A program made the position numbers and the translations under genes. A DNA stretch of 53,427 nt from Psammoneis japonica (lineage: Eukaryota). A model generated the notes under the pieces. That model did not search any database, was not told the DNA's origin, and saw only the letters and a list, made by a program, of their open reading frames with translations. The stretch covers positions 186,001-239,427 of the forward strand of contig QPGO01000129.1 of the NCBI GenBank assembly GCA_008632985.1, read 5' to 3'. Shown here in pieces: positions 50,183 through 53,427 of this stretch. How positions within the stretch are numbered: position 1 is the stretch's first letter; every line of letters begins with the position of its first letter.

Positions 50183-50522
50183 CAACGTTGCGGCCGTCGA
50201 TCTGAAAACAATCAAGTCCCATGGTGGGAGATGCGGTGGTTTTTGTTCTTCTGAGCACTGCATGAGATGCAACTTCAAAGTGCCACATCATGTGCCAAAA
50301 CAATGCGCAGCTTTGCACATGGCTCATGAGGTGAACCTCAAGCAAGGCGGTGGCTGTCAAACCCGCCCAAAGTGACCCGGATGTTGAGATTCTTGGTTTG
50401 CCAAAATCAGGTGATTTTGCCAAATCTGACCAGCCACCCACCCAATTTTTTGGTGTCAAGGTCAAGAGAGATCTTCCCAGCAGGCAGGGGGCGCACAGCC
50501 AACCGCTCAGCAGCACCAGCCC

Positions 50523-53075
50523 ATGATGCATGCTGTTGAAGAGCTCATGACCAAGCAGTGCCAGCCACACCTGGATGCAGCCGCACGCCAACAAGCCGCT
50601 TCACTCAGGAAGATGCCCAATGAGTTTCGGGGCACATTTGGCATCACCAAGCTCATGCGCTGGCGCGACATTCCAAGTGAAGCAGCCTTCCCCCAGTTGC
50701 GGGCCTCACTCGCCTCTGCACCCAAGACAGGCTGCCTGGCTGTCATGCAAAACACCGTGGATGAGCAACACCAGGCCTTGTCGGCACACCTTGCTGTGCC
50801 TGTGACCACCAGTTTGGTCAGCAAGCTGACGCAGCCAGATTTTGCTGGGCACAATCAGGAAGAGCCCACACAAGGCATCACTCCATTCCAGCTTGGATTG
50901 GTCGCACCTGACAGCGCAGAACAAGTTGCCTGTCACAACGCTGTGTGCACTCACATGCACGGCGGCACTGCAGCACTGTCGCTTCAAGACACCCAGCTGC
51001 TGGAAGCACCTGACAAGGCCTTGGTGGCTGCCACGATGCAAGCCACACAGCAATCATTTGATGGCTTTTGCTCAGCGATGTCAGCGCTGCTTGGGAACAA
51101 CCACCTGGTGGTGCAGCGGCTCACACGCCGACGTCAAGATGTGGAAACATGCACCAACAAGCTGGCAGCACAGCACATCTGCACCTGTGCTGCCAGCAGA
51201 TTTTCAGTGGCATGCTCAAGTGGAGGTGCGCAGCTGGTTCAAAGCTCAGGAAGCCAACCTGCTGGCTGACATGGTCGACAAAGGTTTCTGGGTTGTGGCA
51301 CCCTGCGAGGCAGAGCAACACGCCCCGGGCCTTTGCTCAAGCCCGATCAGGGTTGTTCCACAACATGAGCAACACCCTCACCCCACAGCGGACCACATGT
51401 TTTGTGGCCTCAACATGTCCACCAAACCCAGTGCAGCAATGGAGGCAGCGCAACTCGGTCATGCCTTTGACTGCCTCTTGCGCCGTGTCCTCCCCTGGCT
51501 GATCCAAAAAAAAACACCATGTGCCTCGTGAAGATTGACCTGGCCAACAGTCATTGCTGCGCGCAAGTCACACCAGCACAGGCTCCCACACCTGGGGTGG
51601 TCTTCCCTGGCTGACCCGGGGAACCCCCCCTCGCTGCAATTCCCACACGCTTGCCCATGGGCTGGGCCAATTCTCTGCCTCTGTTCTGCACTGCAACAGA
51701 AATTGCTGCTGATGTGGCCATCCCAGATTTGGCTCACAACATCCAAACACCTCCTCACCCTCTTGAAGCGCTGTTGGACAACCACCCGCCAAAACACCAG
51801 CCCCCACAGGTCTGTGCCATGGCACAGGCCATGCCACTTCCAGCTGCACCCGATCCCCACCTTCGACCATGCTGGTGCTGCTGTCTGCACTGCGTGCTGA
51901 CATTTGTGCAGATGACTTCCTTGGTGCCACACAAGGCTCCAAGCAAGCCCAGCGCAACATCCAGCGCATCATGCTGCGCGCACTGGACGACATCTTTTGC
52001 CCACTTGATTTGCACGACCCGGCCACCTGCAGGAGCCAGTGTCCATCAAGAAGCTCTGCCAGGGTGACGCCACATGGTCCACACAGAAGGAAGTCTTGGG
52101 ACAGCTCACAGACACACGTGCCGTGACTGTCCACCTCGCACCACGCTGGCGAGCACGACTTCACACCATGCTGCACAAGGATTTTCCCAGCTCCAGGTGG
52201 GACCTCGCACTGCTGCGCTGTGACATCAATGGCTTGTTGGATCGCGTCGCATGTCGCGCGCACAGATTTCTGCATGTGATGTTCCATGAAATTGTTTCAT
52301 GCTCCCCACCATGCAAAGCCAAAGGCTTTCTGCTTTCAACATTTGTGAGAATGAAAACACTCTGGGCACATTCTTCAATGTCTGCAGAGCGCACCTGGGC
52401 AAATCATCGACTGTGTGCTGCAAGTGTGAAGGAGGAGATGTGCTCACAAAATTGCCTCTTTTTCTGTTGGCAATCACTTCGTGCTTTCGCCACTTTGCAA
52501 ATTTGCTGCAGAGCTTGCACACAGAACTCCATGGGCCCAATGTCACACGGAGTCCCGCCTGGGTCTGGAGCCCGTCTGCCACATTGCCGGTTGTCAAAAG
52601 CTGCTGGGAGAGTTGCGCTCCTTGAGCCTGGCCATGCCCGGATCCCGGGGCCTTGTCTCAGCACTCCAAGAAAATCTCCAACATGCTCTGCGCTGAACTC
52701 CAGGGTCCGACCATCCGACGATGCTCGCTTGGCGTCAGACAATTTTTGAGATCCAGAGTCCACCCTCGACACCCAACCTGTTTGCGTGTGGGAACTGGCC
52801 CCACTCAAGCCAACCACTGCTGGTTGTCTTGATGCCACCGGACACGGCACCAGCGGCGCTCTTCTCCCAACAAGTGCCGCCGCCCCTGGAGCCACCAAGC
52901 TCTGCTTTGGCAACTGTCGTGGATGTCAACAACGCGGTGCAGGCCCAGTCATGTGGCAGCTCTCCTTGTCGACTCGCCACATGCTCCAATCCCCAAGGCC
53001 CCATCGCTGACACCAACCTCAAACTTGCAGGCAGCGCCCTCCAACCCTGCAGCGCTGAAGACTGTTTTGACATCC
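50523..53075 (+). mobile_element. DIRS/Ngaro-like (tyrosine-recombinase clade) retrotransposon remnant: gag-like, RT, RNase H
   Basis: ADMVDKGFWVV.P[C], SPIRVVPQ, KIDLA, PMGWANS.PLFC, DI[C]ADDFLG, SIKKL.QGDATWST.KEVLG, DATGHG. The recombinase gene itself is not seen. Confidence 0.75.
52187..52576. mobile_element. MITE, copy 3 (left TIR clipped), inside the DIRS-like element
   Basis: CCAGCTCCAGGTGGGACCTCGCA ... GGGCCCAATGTCACACGGAGTCCCGCCTGGGTCTGGAGCCCGTC aligns with copies 1 and 2. Confidence 0.8.
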
Positions 53076-53080
53076 GCGGG

Positions 53081-53427
53081 TGTTGTTTCAAGGAAAACAG
53101 CCAGCTGTTTCAAGGAAAACAAACAAGTTGTTTCAAAGGAAAATGACCAGCTGTGTCAAGGAAAACAAACAAATTGTTTCAAGGAAAACAAACGTGTTGT
53201 TTCAAGGAGAACAAACATGTTTTTTTTGTCTCAAGGAAAATGACCAGCGGCTTCAAGGAAAACAAACAAGTTGTTTCAAGGAAAACGACCAGCTGTTTCA
53301 TGGAAAACAAACAAGTTGTTTCAAGGAAAACGAGCAGCACTGTTTCAAGAAAAACAAACACGCCATTTCAAGGAAAACAAGTGCGTTGTTTCAAGGAAAA
53401 CAGCCGGGAGTTTCAAGGAAAACAAAC
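53081..53427. repeat. Minisatellite with ~20-25-bp unit and TGTTTCAAGGAAAAC core
   Basis: The core recurs more than ten times with alternating AAACAAGT and GACCAGC linkers, up to the window end. Confidence 0.9.

Noticed and set aside
53081..53427. CRISPR array or telomere
   Set aside because: The linkers are short and recurrent, and the unit does not resemble a TTAGGG-type telomere repeat.

Overview
Eukaryotic nuclear DNA, almost certainly from a diatom (CoDi-type Copia element, diatom-type cyclin, spliceosomal introns, bipartite plastid-targeting AF-AF motif). Two compartments alternate with sharp borders. (i) Intact host genes with normal TpA content at ~22.4-37.9 kb (ricin-B-like secreted protein, PIG-T/Gpi16, mitochondrial carrier, cyclin, protein kinase, plastid Fd-GOGAT) and ~43.0-45.9 kb (double sulfotransferase-like protein). 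(ii) Transposon blocks at ~0.5-22.2, ~38.0-42.8 and ~46.0-53.4 kb: a Copia element, a large Helitron with cargo, an IS630/Tc1-like DDE transposon, a second Copia, a DIRS/Ngaro-like retroelement, a 396-bp MITE family and a minisatellite. The main signal is that every transposon block has lost almost all TpA dinucleotides through TA>TG/CA transitions. Conserved Tyr codons read Cys/His (YVDD>CVDD, ALYG>ALHG, Helitron YxxKY>CxxKC, PKYH>PKCH) and TAA/TAG stops are largely erased, while neighbouring host genes are untouched. This looks like repeat-targeted hypermutation in the opposite direction to fungal RIP. The Helitron block also carries divergent TET/JBP-like dioxygenase and DOT1-like methyltransferase genes. 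All calls come from reading motifs by eye; no searches were run.
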